Positions 1 through 12,850 of a stretch of DNA of 64,000 bases are shown piece after piece (position 1 is the first letter of the stretch; the number at the start of each line of letters is the position of its first letter). A program made the position numbers and the translations under genes. The notes under the pieces were generated by a model. It saw nothing but the letters and a program-made list of their open reading frames with translations, was not told the origin of the DNA and made no database searches. This DNA comes from Lama glama (taxonomy: Eukaryota), in assembly GCA_028534125.1 (NCBI GenBank), contig CM052818.1, forward strand, positions 23,438,001-23,502,000. Direction: 5' to 3'.

Positions 1-715
1 ATCTTATGGACTCAGAGGTAGACACACTTAATTCTCTGCAATTGAGAGCTTGATGAAGGAGGATTCTTTTAGAATTACTGAATTTCCTGCTGGTAAAGAG
101 AGACTTATGAGGGAGGTGCTGACTTGGGACATTATGTCACTCTGGGTGCTAAGAGCCATCAGGAAATTGGTAAAGACCTTGTGATTTCTATGACAGTACT
201 GAATATGCTTTGGCTGTCATTCTGCAGGGCAGAGAGAAGTGAAATCTTACTAGTCATTATAAGAATGAGAACCGGAGACTAGGATGAACTGAAAATGAAT
301 GAATGAATGCTCTGTTCATGAATGTTACTGACAAAGACCTGCCCACAATGATCCCTAAGCTGTCACACTGACCCATGGAGAGGCTTTGTGACTCCGTCCT
401 GCCTGTGAACACTGTCCAACTACATTCCCTGCCTTTCCGGCTGGTGCTGTTCCATGTTTATTTTTAAAAGGCCTTTATCTATGGTCTCATTATTTTCCCT
501 CTTTATAATATTTTACTCTTTTATCTTACATTTGTTTAAACATTTCAAATTGTCTGCAAAGCATCATATGCCTAAGATAATTTGAATTGTATAGAAGAGT
601 TACTGATAAAAGCAAGTGGCTCCTGCCGCATTTATCTCTTCCCCTAAGTTTCCCTGAGGCCAACTCCTTTATTTGTATTTCCAGTTCTTCTGATGTTCAG
701 TGCTAAAACTCTAGA

Positions 716-1025
716 GTAGTTCTGTCTAAAAAATTTAACATGAGCCATACCTATAATTTTAAATTATCTAATAGCCACATGAAAAAGTGAAAATGCACTT
801 AGAAAGCTTATTTTGTTAATATGTTTTATTTAACCTAGTTTATCCAAAATATTGTCATTTCAACATATAATCAAATAGAGCTTATTAATGAGATATTTCA
901 CATTTTTCTATTTTTTTCAAAATCTGTTGTGTATTTTATACTTGCAGCACATTTCAATTTGGATTAGATTTATTTTAAGTGCTCACCAGCCATATGTGGC
1001 TGGTGGCTACCAAACTGAACAGTGA
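716..1025 (+). mobile_element. MER33-like hAT-Charlie non-autonomous DNA transposon
   Basis: Follows recalled MER33 consensus: 'tgagccatac..taattttaaatt..tagccacat..aaaagt' at the start and 'aagtgctcaccagccatatgtggctggtggctacc' at the end. Confidence 0.75.
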
Positions 1026-1299
1026 TGATCCAGGTATGTGTGCCAGGTTGTTGTTTTTTGTTTTTTGTTTTGATTTGTAATATATAGTATATATTTATTA
1101 TACATAATAAGTATAATTTCTCTTTGATGTGAAAGATAATGTTGCTTAAAGACTATTCTTTTCTCCTATCCTCTTCCTAATGTTTTTGGATACATACACA
1201 TGCACAAACATACATGTATCTGTATATATGTGTATAATTTATACTTACAATTTTAGTTCTTTTATTGGTTACTTTGATAACTTTAAATAATATACCTAA

Positions 1300-3694
1300 T
1301 GTGATTGATATATCACATTAGCAAATTGAAGAATAAAAACCATATGATCATTTCAATAGATGCAAAAAAAGCTTTTTGATAAAATTCAATATCCATTTAT
1401 GATAAAAATCTCCAGACAGTGGGCATAGAGGGAATATACCTCAACATAATAAAGGCTATATATGACAAACCCACAGCTAAGTCATACTCAGTGGTGAAAA
1501 GCTAAAAGCATTCCCTTTAAGATCAGGAATAAGACAAATATGCCCACCCTCACCACTTGTATTCAACATAGTTTTGGAAGTCCTAGCCATAGCAATCAAA
1601 GAAGAAAAAGAAATAAAAGGAATCCAAACTGCAAAGGAAGTAAAACTGTCACTGTTTGCAGATGACATGATACTATACACAGTTTAAAGAGGCTACCAGA
1701 AAACTACTAGAGCTTATCAATGAATTAAGTAAAGTTGCAGGATAGAAAATTAATATACAGCAATCAGTTGCATTTCTATACACTAACAATGAACTGTCAG
1801 AAAAAGAAATTAAGGAAACAATCCCATTTATCATCACATCAAAAAGAATAAAATACCTAGGAATAAACATACCTAAAGAGGCAAAAGATCTGTACTCTGA
1901 AAACTATAAGACACTGATGGAAGAAACTGAAGATGACACAAACAGATAGAATGATATACCGTGCTTTTAGATTGAAGAATTAATATTGTTAAAATGGCCA
2001 TACTACCCAAGGCAATCTGCACATTCAGTGCAATCCCTATCAAATTACCAACGGCATTTTCAACAGAACTGGAACCAAAACTGTTAAAATTTGCATGGAA
2101 ACACAAAAGAGCTGGAATAGCCAAAACAATCTTGAGAAAGAAGAATGGAGCTGGAGGAATCAGGTGCCCTGACTTCAGACTATATTAAAAAGCTACAGTA
2201 ATCAAAACAGTATGATACTGGCACAAAATAGACTATAGATCAATAGAACAGGATAGAAAGTCCAGGAATAACCTCATGCAATTATGGCCAATTAACCTAT
2301 GACAAAGGAGGCAAGAATATACAATGAAGAAAAGACAGTCTTTTCAATAAGTGGTGTTGGAAAAACTGGACAGCTACCTGTAAAAGAATGAAATTAGAAC
2401 ATTCTCTAACACCACACACAGAAATAAACTCAAAATGGATTAAATATCTAAATGTAAGATCAGATACTATAAAACCCCAGAAGAAAACATAAGCAGAATG
2501 GTCTTTGGCAAAAATTGCAATATTTTGGATACAATAATTTTTTGGATCCGTCTCCTAGAGTAATGGAAATAAAAACAAAAATAAACAAATGAGTCCTAAT
2601 TAAACTTAAAAGCTTTTGCACAGCAAATCAGAAAGATAACCTTATGGAATGGGAGAAAATGTTTGCAAATGATGCGACTCCCACAGGGAATTAATCTCCA
2701 AAATATATAAGCAGGTCATACAGCTCAATAACAAGAAAACAAACAACCCAGTCAAAAAATGGGCAGAAGATATAAGTAGACATTTCTCCAAAGAAGACAT
2801 ATATATGGACAACAGGCACATAAAAAGATGCTCAACATCACTAATTATTCGACAAATGCAAATCAAAACTACATTGAGGTATTACCTCACACTGGTCAGG
2901 ATGGCCAGCATCAAAAGTCTACAGATAGTAAATGCTGGAGAGGGTATGGAGGAAAAGAAACCCTCCTTCACTGTTGGTGGGAATGTAAATTGGTGCAGCT
3001 GCTATGGAAAACAGTATGGAGGTTCCTTAAAGAAACTAAAAAAATAGAGTTACTGTATGATCCAGCAATCCCACTCCTGGGCATATATCTGGAAAAGATG
3101 AAAACTCTAGTTCAAAAAGACACATGCACCTCAATGTTCATAACAGCACTATTTATAAAAGCCAAGACATGGAAGCAACCTAAATGAAAAATTGACAGAT
3201 GATTGGATAAGGAAGATGTGGCGGAATATTACTCAGCCATAAAAAAGAATGAAACCATGCCATTTGCAGCAACATGGATGGACCCAGAGATTATCATACT
3301 AAGTGAAGTAAGTCAGGCAGAGAAAGACAAATATCATATATCACTTATATGTGGAACCTAAAAAAAATGATACAAAGGAACTTATTTACAAAACAGAAAC
3401 AGACTCACAGACAGAAAACAAATTTATGGTTACCGAAGGGGAACATGAGGTGGGGGATAAATGGATAAATTAGGAGTTTGGGATTAGTGGGTGCAAACTA
3501 CTATATATAAAACAGATAAACAACAAGGATCTACTGTATAGCACAGGGAACTATATTCAATATCTTGTAATAACTTATAATGGAAAAGAATCTGCAAAAG
3601 GATATATGTATATGTATATGTATATGTATGTATGTACAACTGAAACACTTTGCTATACACTTGAAACGTTGTAAAGCAACTATACTTCAATAAA
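1300..3694 (+). mobile_element. 5'-truncated LINE-1 (3' part of ORF2 plus 3' UTR), inactivated
   Basis: ORF2-like peptides ([10 protein letters not shown] near 1648-1677; [41 protein letters not shown]) broken by stops and frameshifts; A-rich tail; 11-bp TSD AATATACCTAA at 1289-1299 and 3695-3705. Confidence 0.95.
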
Positions 3695-4864
3695 AATATA
3701 CCTAAAGCTCTATTTCTGATCCTTCAGCTTCAGTAATAGCTCAATTATTTCTGACTCCTCACCTTATGATGTTACCCTTTCTACCACATTCTGCACATTT
3801 CTTCCCTTCCTCTCGGTTCCATCTTTTGTCAGCTACACTTCAATAGGTCCCAAGTTGTAAATATTTACAACTGGTTCTGCAACCATGTGTTTTAATCTTC
3901 ATAGAAAATTCTATAGACAGGGAGTGAGTCTCTGTGTAATTTTGATTAATATTGATGGAGATACATACAACCAGAATTTGATCTCCCTAGAGCTGAAGAC
4001 CAAATAGAAAAGGAGTTTCCTTTCTGTAGGCCAATAAATTATGTAGTAATGGTTTTTGATAATGGAATGAAGTATCAGATGCTAATTTGAACTGAGACTT
4101 TTATTATTTTATGAGGCCATTCCTGGAGATTAAATATAGTAAGGAAATAGATTCACATTTGACAAGTAAATGGTTTTTCCTCCTTCTGAAGACAGCTGGT
4201 TCTTTATGGATCAGGGTTATGTTCTGTAAAAGACCAAATGCCAAGAACCCAGAATCAAAGGAAACACAAAATCAGAAATGTCATGTGTGTTTTAGTGGTA
4301 CTGGGGGCTGATGTCATTCACAGAAAAGATTATTTTCAGGTACTTTTGTCTTTAAAATGAGAATTTAATGTGTTCAAATTATAAACCAGCATTTTTTAAA
4401 ATTGAACAGTTACATTCAACTCCTAATTATTATTCTACTTTTAAATCTAGTAAATGTTACCAATGACTGTAAAAGAATTTATTCATTAACTTGATTAATT
4501 AGTCCTTTAAATACTTTAAACTTTAATGGATTTGCTCTTCTTAAGAACTAAACGCCTATAGCAAGTAAATTTCTTCGAAGTACTTAAAATGCTCTAGCTA
4601 ACTTAATAAATAAGATTTATAAATATTGTAAATCTCAAGTTCTTTTATATCTTCTAATAGTATATACAAACATAGGCAGATTGATTTATACCTTTTAACT
4701 TAAACCATGAGTCTAAAAATCAACTATTTAATGGCATGTTTTATTTGGTTACATATTTTAATCTGTCAAATGCTTTGATGTACCAGATTTTCTAAGCAGT
4801 TTAAAAATATTGATACCATGGATTTGATTACTTTATCATCTTTATCTCTCTCTCCGTCTTCCAG

Positions 4865-5046
4865 GCATTAAAGAAACCCTTACCCACTGAGAATAGGGTC
4901 ACCACCTCAGCGGACTGAGGGTACTTCTCAGCAGGCTGAGAAGGCTGACTGACCAGCGATTTGGAGCTGGGGCAAGATCTGGGGCTGTAGTCATTGGGGG
5001 AGGTTTTCCTTATGGCCACATTCAGGTTTGCCCAGGACCCTGATCT
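4865..5046 (+). other. Candidate spliced exon (non-coding, or 5'UTR plus start of a short ORF)
   Basis: Long pyrimidine tract 'ctttatctctctctccgtcttccag|G' and consensus donor 'CT|gtaagt'; unique non-repeat sequence; all three frames from the acceptor hit stops; ATG at 5012. Confidence 0.5.
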
Positions 5047-5684
5047 GTAAGTGCCTTTTTTTTTTTTTCAGCCTAAGTGCCTGGAGTCCAAGTTCAGACC
5101 TTAATTCTTATGTGACATATTTCAACTTTACTGTTTGATGTGGGTAGATGAAATTCTGTTAACTCTTACCCAGGTTGCTTCATCACTAAATAGGAATCAA
5201 TTACCAGTTTAAGGTTTGAGTTTATCCTTAATTCTTTTCTTCATTTCCCCTAACTGGCAGGGCCAGGACACATAAGGTATTCAAGTGGATTCTATGCATC
5301 TCACATCTTTCCTTGGCCCTTCAGTTACTCCACTAGGGCCATGTTTATAACAGGAGATAGTAGTTACTGTTTTTATTTTGTTTTTGGCAAATAATTTGGA
5401 AGTCATGATTTTCTTTGTGTATCATGAAGGTGACCACTGTGCTGGACCTTCGAGCTATCATTTTACTGAATCAGAAGTCTCAAAGAAGGGGCACACCCCA
5501 GGGCTGGAGGGACACAGCAAAGGGACATCTGCTTTGGGGGAAGGTAGGATTTATAGCTCCCACTGTCCCTTATGGTCTCATAAATAAGGGGGGAAAACAG
5601 AGGCGAGAGAAGTTTTAGGTCTCTTATTTTTCAGAGTCTTTTCCTATTAACGCCAGCATACACTACTATTAATGATCACTTCTT

Positions 5685-5812
5685 TTTTTTTAAAAAAAAT
5701 TTTATTTATTTACTATTTAGTATTATTATCTTTAATGGAGGTCCCGGGGATTGAACCCAGAATCTCATGCATACTACGTATGCGCTCTGCCACTGAGCTA
5801 TACTCACCCCAC
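5685..5812 (-). mobile_element. tRNA-derived SINE, camelid vic-1-like
   Basis: Minus strand reads GGGGTGAGTATAGCTCAGTGGCAGAGCGCATAC...CTGGGTTCAATCCCCGGGACCTCCATTAAA (A and B boxes), then an A-rich tail; 15-bp TSD TAATGATCACTTCTT at 5670-5684 and 5813-5827. Confidence 0.85.
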
Positions 5813-6169
5813 TAATGATCACTTCTTAAGTGACTGATTTGTGTCAGGTCAGGAGGTGTCATAATCTCTACAGAGTAGGAGGTCCTTCCATTGCTATCTT
5901 AGTATTTTTACCTCTAATCTATTACTCACTACTCCTTGTTGAAAAGGAAATAGCTCATTTCACTAGCCAGTGTCTGAAATAGCCCCTGGCTCACGCTTCC
6001 CCTGGGGGCAGAATTACAGGACTCTGAAGTGCTTGCTGCTCATTTCTGCAGCTTCCCTTCCAGCACTGTGCACCCATGGGCTTCTCCCCTGTGCCTGTGG
6101 GTCAGGCACACCAGGCATGCTGTCCAGGCAGCTTGGTAAATAGACTAGGAGTCTGCTCAGATAGCTGGT

Positions 6170-6365
6170 CATTCTCAAGTTCAGAGAATCCCAGGTCTAC
6201 TGCTTTTCAAGTGGCGATCTTGGACAAGTTACTTAACCTCTCTTTGCTCAGTCTCCTCATCTGTAAAAAAGATATTAAAAGGTTACTGTAAGGTGTATAT
6301 GAATTAACATTGTGTAAAGTGCTTTAAAAAATGCCTGATAAAAGGTAAATGCTCTCTGAGTGTTA
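6170..6365 (+). mobile_element. MIR SINE
   Basis: MIR core 'tggacaagttacttaacctctct..ctcagtctcctcatctgtaaaa' and tail 'tgtaaagtgctt..atgcctga'. Confidence 0.85.
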
Positions 6366-6371
6366 GTGACA

Positions 6372-6420
6372 GTGGTGGTGGTGATGATGGTGGTGATGCT
6401 GGTGAGGATGACGATGGATG
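6372..6420. repeat. Degenerate (GGT/GAT)n trinucleotide repeat
   Basis: gtggtggtggtgatgatggtggtgatgctggtgaggatgacgatggatg. Confidence 0.8.
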
Positions 6421-7864
6421 TCGTCTTTCCACATGTACTTGTCTGTGCTGCTGGTGTCATGCCCCTTTCCCAAGGTTCCCATCTCAGGCAGCTTGAGCAA
6501 CTTGGGTCCACCCTTCCAGCTCGGACTCGGAGGAGAGAAACTTTCTGTCCCACATAATCTAGAGTGTGTGGAGTTTCCATCACTAAGGCACAAAACTGTC
6601 CCCACTCAGTATCTTTTCCAGACTTAGACCATCCTACTCTGTGACTTGGGTGTCCACCTTGTGCCAAGAATCTAAATTGCTTCCCTCAGATTGGATCTCT
6701 TGGATACTGATGCCAGCCTGGATTTCTGCTGCTCTGCAGATTAAGGGTTTGGACTCAAGCCCCTTCTTCAGCCATCTCTTGTTTTCTGATTGATGTTTCA
6801 ATCTCTGTCCCACTTAGGTTTGTTTCCTTCTTTCAACAAGGAACCCTCAGTGGGCTCCAGGCTCCATGGCTGAGCTCTACCACTCATGACACACTGACGT
6901 CAGTCACACGATTCACTTTCCTTGGAATGTCATTTCTTGTCATCTCTGCAAGTCTATTTCCTGTATATCAGCCAGGCCCTCTCTCACTTGGCATGTTCCC
7001 ATAAAACCTCTCCATATTCTAATTTTTCCCCAAATGGATAGCTCTTGTAACATCTTGATACAAATTTAAACTTCTAAAATTGGTGATGGATGTTTCTAAA
7101 AAGGAAAGATGATTCTATATCAATGCAGCAGAAAATAAACATGTTTACATATAGGATGTTATAATGGAAGTTTAGTTTGAGGCTCTAAGATACAGAAGAT
7201 AGCAGATACTGGAAGTTATCGGGCGACAACTTCAGATTTGGTGCCCAGGAACTGGTTAGGCTGACTCATGCACATGAACATATGTGAATGGATTGGGTTG
7301 TTGGAGATGGAGGACTGTGCAGAGGATTTCCTTGGAGAGAGTCTGTTTCATCCCTGCTTTCTGTCCCCAAAAGCCACTAAACAATTCCTAGGCCATGTTC
7401 AGAATGGCCACATCCACTTTTTTCTCCCAATGCCCGGCCACAATTGGTTACAATGCCTGGATTAAGCAATTTGGCTCTTATAAAAGCTGAGTGAATTATT
7501 TACCAACTCTGGCTTGTTCTCAGTAAGTATTTTTTTCACTGTGAAAAATTTTGTAGCTAATTTATGACTCTAAGCCAACTACGAGGTGAGTCAACTATAG
7601 ACTGGAATATGATTATTGCAGAATGTTCCAACCTGCATATTTGGCAAGCCATCAAACATCTGCTAATAGCGTGTTAAGCACACTTGTGTGGTTGTTAAAT
7701 ATCTCCTTATGTGATGAGCATGAGAATCTTCACGGCAAGTCCCAGTCAGTTTCCACTTCACATTCTGTGCGCCCTCCGCTACCAGGCACACTACTGACAT
7801 GTAGACTGTCTATTTATTCATACAGAAGAAGGAACAGTTTTCTTCGTTACTAGTGCTTCCTGGG

Positions 7865-8005
7865 TGTTACAGGTTGAATTGTTTTCCTCCCAAATTCGTG
7901 TGTTGACATGCTAACCCCCAGTAACCCAGAACGTGGCCTTACTTGGAAACAGTTATTCCTCGTGTAATCAGTTAAAATGAGTTCAAACTGGAGTAGGGTG
8001 GGCCT
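7865..8005 (+). mobile_element. MLT1 (MaLR) LTR, 5' fragment
   Basis: 'tgttacaggttgaattgttttcctcccaaattcgtgtgttgacatgctaaccccca' matches the recalled MLT1 start. Confidence 0.75.
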
Positions 8006-8009
8006 ACTT

Positions 8010-8830
8010 CATTTCATAAATTTCACATCCATTGAATCATGCAAGATACATCCTTTTGACATAAACTTTTTTTCACCCAACATCATTTTGTTGAGGATCC
8101 TTCTTGTTTAATGGTTTATTCCTTTTTAATTGCTAAGTAGTATTCCACGGGCTGTCTGTTCAACCATTCACTTACTGAAGAGCATTTGGGTAGTTTTTGG
8201 TTATTGCAAATAAAGTTGCTATGACATTTGTGTCTAAATTTTTGTGTGAAAACAAGTTTTTATTTCTCTGCTATATATGCCCAAGAGTGCAATTGCTGGG
8301 TCTTTTGGCATAAGTCCATTTTTAGTTTTAAAAGGAAATGTCAAACTATTTTCCAGAGGGGCTCTACCATTTGACATTCTCATGAGCGATTCAGTTTCTC
8401 CACATCTTCCCCCGGATTTGGTGTTATCACTTTTTTTTTTTAATTTTAGCAATTCTGGTAGGTGTGGTTACATCATATTATAGTCTTAGTTTGCATTTTT
8501 CCAATGACTTATGACATTGTACACCTTTTCATGTGCTTATTTGCCATCTGTATTTACTCTTCCATGCAATGTTTGTGCATGTCTTTTGATTATTTTTGAG
8601 TTGAATTGGTTGGCTTTTTTAATGTTAAGTTTTGAGAGTTCTTTATGTATTCTAGATGAAACCCTGCAAGTCCTTTGTTGGACACATGATTGTGAATACT
8701 TTCTTCCCGTCCATAGTTTGTCTTTTCACCCTCTTAACAGGATCTTTTCCAGAACAAAAGTTTTACATTTTGATGAGTCCAATTTATTAATCTTTCCTTT
8801 TATATACTGTGATTGTGGTGTCAAGGATGT
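8010..8830 (-). mobile_element. Old L1M 3' fragment
   Basis: Minus-strand DPAIALLGIYSREIKT motif and '...KINKLDSSKCKTF' resemble the L1 ORF2 C-terminus. Confidence 0.8.
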
Positions 8831-9290
8831 GATCAGTTCTGTATTTTTGAATGTGAAGGATAAAAAGGAGAACATTAAACATGGGGAAAGGTAGATAGTT
8901 GAAGGCTGTTTCAACAGTTCCAGGGAAAAGGCAGTGTCAGTATAGCTGGAGAGAAGAGAAGGAACAGCTTTATTAGGTAGTAGACATAGTAGGACTTCAT
9001 GATCAATCATACATAAAGGATGGGGTATCATGCGACGCTTGGGGTTTGGGTTTATGTAATTAAGTGGATAGTTTTGCCATTAAATGGCATGATTGCAGGA
9101 AGGAAGAGCAGGTTTAGGAGATGGGGCCGAGGTGACCAGGACTGAGATTAGACACAATGAGCTTAAGTTGCCTTAAGCTGGATGTGGGACACCCAGAGTG
9201 AAATATTTAGTGGGTAGTTAGAGAGATGGGCCTAGACCTCAGGTGAGTGTTAGAAACTGAAGACACAAACTTGAGAGTCATAACACCTGG
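8830..9290 (-). mobile_element. L2 fragment
   Basis: Purine-rich antisense-L2 pattern ('gaggtgaccaggactgagattagacacaatgagcttaagttgcc', 'acacccagagtgaaatatttagtgggtagtt'). Confidence 0.6.
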
Positions 9291-10366
9291 CTGTGTGGTT
9301 TCAGTTCAGTGTGTTAAATCAGAAGACAGTAGTCGGGTTCAATGAACGATGTAAAAAGTGTGAAAACTGGCTGAGAAATTCTAGGTCCTCTTTTATTGCC
9401 AAGATGTTCTGGAAGTCTGGAACTTTGGAAAGCAAATTCAGAGAATGACTCTAATTTATTTGAGTTGTTGAACCTGAAACATATGAAGGACGAGTCACTT
9501 AGCTAGGTCCCTGACTTTTACCTCCAGTATGTTCCACTCCATCTTTCTATTCCAAATGTATCCAAAAGGAATGGAGTTTAGCATCCTAGCTGATTTGGAA
9601 TATGAGATGCATTTCAGTCCACTGCACCTACATAATGCCACATGAAGTAAATCAAAGAAAAATGAAAAAGACAACTTAAAAAATGTAGTAGCTGATGGAA
9701 ACCATTTCAACTACTTGAAGATCAGTTGTGTGCCATCTAAGCCTTTAATTTTTAAAATGCTCAAGCACAGTAATTTATTTTCATGCTGTGAGTGAATGAA
9801 AGAAGATTGAACTTCTTTTAAAAAGAAAGACGGCCGCCTGTGGCCCCATGAAATAATAGCCCTGTGTTCTGAAGCTGGAAGCCCACCCTGCCCTTAGCTA
9901 CGCAAGCTGTGCTTAAAGGAAAAGAAATATGCAGGGAAGGATGTATCTCGCTGTATTTAAAAGGGATTTGGGGAGGTTTTGTCATTAAAGTTATGGCCAA
10001 AGAGCCTTGAGGTTCTGAAAATTAGATGACTGGATTCACAGGTGCAGCGGGCTCTCCCAGATGCTATCGCAAGCAGTGTCCCCCACCCACCCCGCCCACC
10101 CCCGGCCTCCCCTGCCCTGCATCCCTCACAAGGTGGTCTCTGTACTCTTGGCTTCTCTCCACCAATGCCAGCACATGCATGGATTCCTACCTGCCTTTCC
10201 TTGGTATCAGGCTGAGAAGAGTTTGGGGTCAGAAAATCAAAATTCCTCTTGAGTAGGAAACCTTAAGTTGGGAAAAGGAGGCGAGATCAAGTGTGAGCAA
10301 TCTACAGGACAGGTTGTGAGCAATCTCCAGGGGGACCTTTATAGGAGACAGAGATGTGCGTCATAT

Positions 10367-10380
10367 CCAGCAGGTGGCAG
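10367..10380 (+). promoter_or_regulatory. CTCF core-motif match
   Basis: CCAGCAGGTGGCAG fits the CCASYAGRKGGCRS consensus, in non-repeat DNA. Confidence 0.5.
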
Positions 10381-10667
10381 TGTGAGCACGTGGCAAGGCC
10401 AGTAAAGGGCACCCATTCCTGAGGGCCAGGATCTGGGAGCTTGTTCTGCTCATCTCCAAAGGTAGGTTTCCAGCCCCCTACTGCCTACCTTTTAAGTCCT
10501 TGGCAAATCCTGTTAAAAGCCTTTCCATTTGATAATTTGTAGACTCATCGCTTCTTTCTCTTACACGAAGTGGCTTATTTTGAAAGGCTGAGCTCTTTGA
10601 ATAAATGAGCAACCTAAGCAAAACGTAGGGAAATAAAACGCTTGATAGCCATTTGATGGCAAGTTTG

Positions 10668-10825
10668 CCTTGAGCGCTCCATTGGCAGAACGATCAAATA
10701 AGGACAAGGTCGTGGTTTTGATCTCTGCAGAGGCCAATTAGCTTTGTTCTATTGTGTGGCCAAGGGCTTCACCTAACCTGTGTTTAACCACCTGGAAATG
10801 CCTGCTTTGCATATAGGAGTCAATG
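10668..10825 (+). mobile_element. Ancient tRNA-headed SINE (MamSINE1-like)
   Basis: 'aaggacaaggtcgtggttttgatctct..ggccaattagctttgttctattgtgtggcca' resembles recalled MamSINE1; very degraded. Confidence 0.5.
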
Positions 10826-10879
10826 CTAAAGTGTTGCTCAGTTAAAGAAATTCACTAAGGTTAAAAAAAGAAGATTGGC

Positions 10880-11060
10880 CTCAGAGTCATGCAGACTTGG
10901 GTCCAGATACCTGCTCTGTCACCCACTGGCTGTATAGCCTCGGTAAGTCACTCTCTTTGAATCTTTTTTCCTGTCATGATAGGTGGCAGACAGTATGAAG
11001 GCGCTAGACAGGGTGGATGAAGCACCAGGCACACTGTAAGTGCTCACACAGGGCAGCTAG
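10880..11060 (+). mobile_element. MIR SINE
   Basis: 'agagtcatgcagacttgggtccagatacctgctctgtcacc' and 'ggcacactgtaagtgctca'. Confidence 0.7.
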
Positions 11061-11439
11061 AAATAATAATGATGTTCCCATGACAACTTACCTGGGTTTT
11101 TCACACACTGAGGAGAACATGGTTTTATCCTGGTGACTTGTGAAGATACAGTCATCTCTTTGCTTCAGTGGACCACTGAGTCAGAACCTTATTCTTTCTC
11201 CTTTTGCTGGTCTCTGGCTGCTGAGAGGGGCCTGAGGTGGAGGACTGTCTGGGCTAGAAAGAGCATGTTAAGTGTATATAGTCGACACATCACTGCATCC
11301 CATGGCCAAATGTAAATGACCTTCGGATGATCAGTTGTTCTGCCTGTCTGCAGGACTATTAATGGAATATAAGATATACAGGTCAAGGGACTTCTCCAGG
11401 GGAAGAGCACCTCTGATCACTCACATACTTTGTTATTTA

Positions 11440-12080
11440 GATGGCACCCTGACCTCAGTTGCATTCCATGACCCTCTGTAAGGATCTGCTTCATGGTTCT
11501 CCATCTTCAGCTCCAGTGCAGAGCTCTGCCGTCCATCCAGTTTTGCAAGCCAGATAACTGGGAGCCATGCTGGCCATCTCTCTCTGCTTCTTTTCCCTCT
11601 ACCTCTTGCCCCATCAGCAAAGTCTTGTCAATTTTATCTCCAAAACACCTCTTAAATCCATTCCATGTCTCATCTGTCTCATCTCTTGTCCATGTCATCC
11701 TCACTTCTTCCAGAGCTCTACAGTAAACTTCCAGCTGCTGTTCCTGCATTCACTCTGTCCCTTCATTAGCCTCTTCTCTGCTCTGAAGTTACAGTGATGT
11801 TCTTCCTGCTCACAAAACCCAAAGACTCCCATTGCCCGTAGGATGAAGATGAAAGTCTTGCCGTGACTTCCAAAGTCCTGCCGGGTCTGACTTCATTTCT
11901 CAACTGCAGCCCTAGTAGCACATTCACGTCCTTGGATTTGCTACTATCCTTTCCACCTGTGGACCTTTGCTTAGGCTTTTCCCTCCCTCCTGTCACCTAG
12001 TGAATACTACTCATCCTTGAAGATCTCAGTTCAAATGTTACTTCTTAGGAATCCTTCTTTACCACTCCAATTAGGCAAAG
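11440..12080 (+). mobile_element. L2 fragment
   Basis: Pyrimidine-rich L2 motifs ('catcagcaaagtcttgtcaattttatctccaaaac', 'actcccattgcccgtaggatgaag', 'ctactcatccttgaagatctcagttcaaatgttac'). Confidence 0.75.
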
Positions 12081-12149
12081 TAATAATAATGAAATAGCAA
12101 ATCCTTATACAGTAGTTATCAACCACCAGCCCTCTTTCTGTTTTTATTT

Positions 12150-12675
12150 TTAAATTTTTTTATTGAAGTATCATTGATTTACAATGCTGTGTTAGTTTCA
12201 GGTGTACAGCATAGTGATTCAGTTATATGTATGTGTATATATATTACACATTCTTTTTTAGATTCTTCCCCATTATAGGTTATTACAAGATACTGAATAT
12301 AGTTCTCTGTGCTGTACTGTAGATCCTTGTTTACTTTATATATAGTAGTGTGTATCTGTTAATTCCAAACTCCTAATTTATCTGCCTCCCTTTCCCATTT
12401 TGGTAACCATAGTTTGTTTTCTGTGTCTGTGAGACTGTTTCTATTTTATAAATCAGTTCCTTTGTATCATTTATTTTTAGATTCCACATATAAGTGATAT
12501 ATGATATTTATCTTTGACTTACTTTACTTAGTATGATAATCTCTCGGTCCATCCATGTTGCTGCAAATGGCATGGTTTCATTCTTTTTTATGGCTGAGTA
12601 GTATTCCATTATATATATAATATCTTCTTTATCTAGTCATCTGTCAGTGGACATTTAGGTTGCTTCCATGTCTTC
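12150..12675 (-). mobile_element. L1 3' end
   Basis: T-rich tail, then 'attgaagtatcattgatttacaatgctgtgttagtttcaggtgtacagc' and 'ccatccatgttgctgcaaatggc'; same family as 3200-3690. Confidence 0.9.
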
Positions 12676-12689
12676 AGTCTTTTCTCTGT

Positions 12690-12850
12690 TAACTTATTTA
12701 ATCTTCATAACAGCCCTATGTGATAGATACTACTATTACCTCTCTCTAACAGATGAATAAACAGAAACATAAGACAGTAAGTACACTGACTTGCCCAAAG
12801 TCATCTATCTTAGTAAGTGGCAATGCTAGAAATTAAAGTGAGGCCAGCTG
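12690..12850 (-). mobile_element. MIR SINE
   Basis: 'atttaatcttcataacagccctatg..acagatgaataaacaga..gacttgcccaaagtca'. Confidence 0.75.

Noticed and set aside
1477..3690. Multiple ORFs with RT/ORF2-like or antisense peptides
   Set aside because: Fragments of one dead L1 rather than host genes; the same applies to ORFs at 8.2-9.0, 40.3, 42.2, 50.5 and 60-61 kb.
5738..5810. tRNA-like sequence
   Set aside because: It is the head of a SINE with an A-rich tail and TSDs, not a tRNA gene.
6275..6667. ORFs with poly-His, poly-Thr or poly-Val tracts
   Set aside because: Translations of the (GGT/GAT)n repeat and the adjacent MIR.
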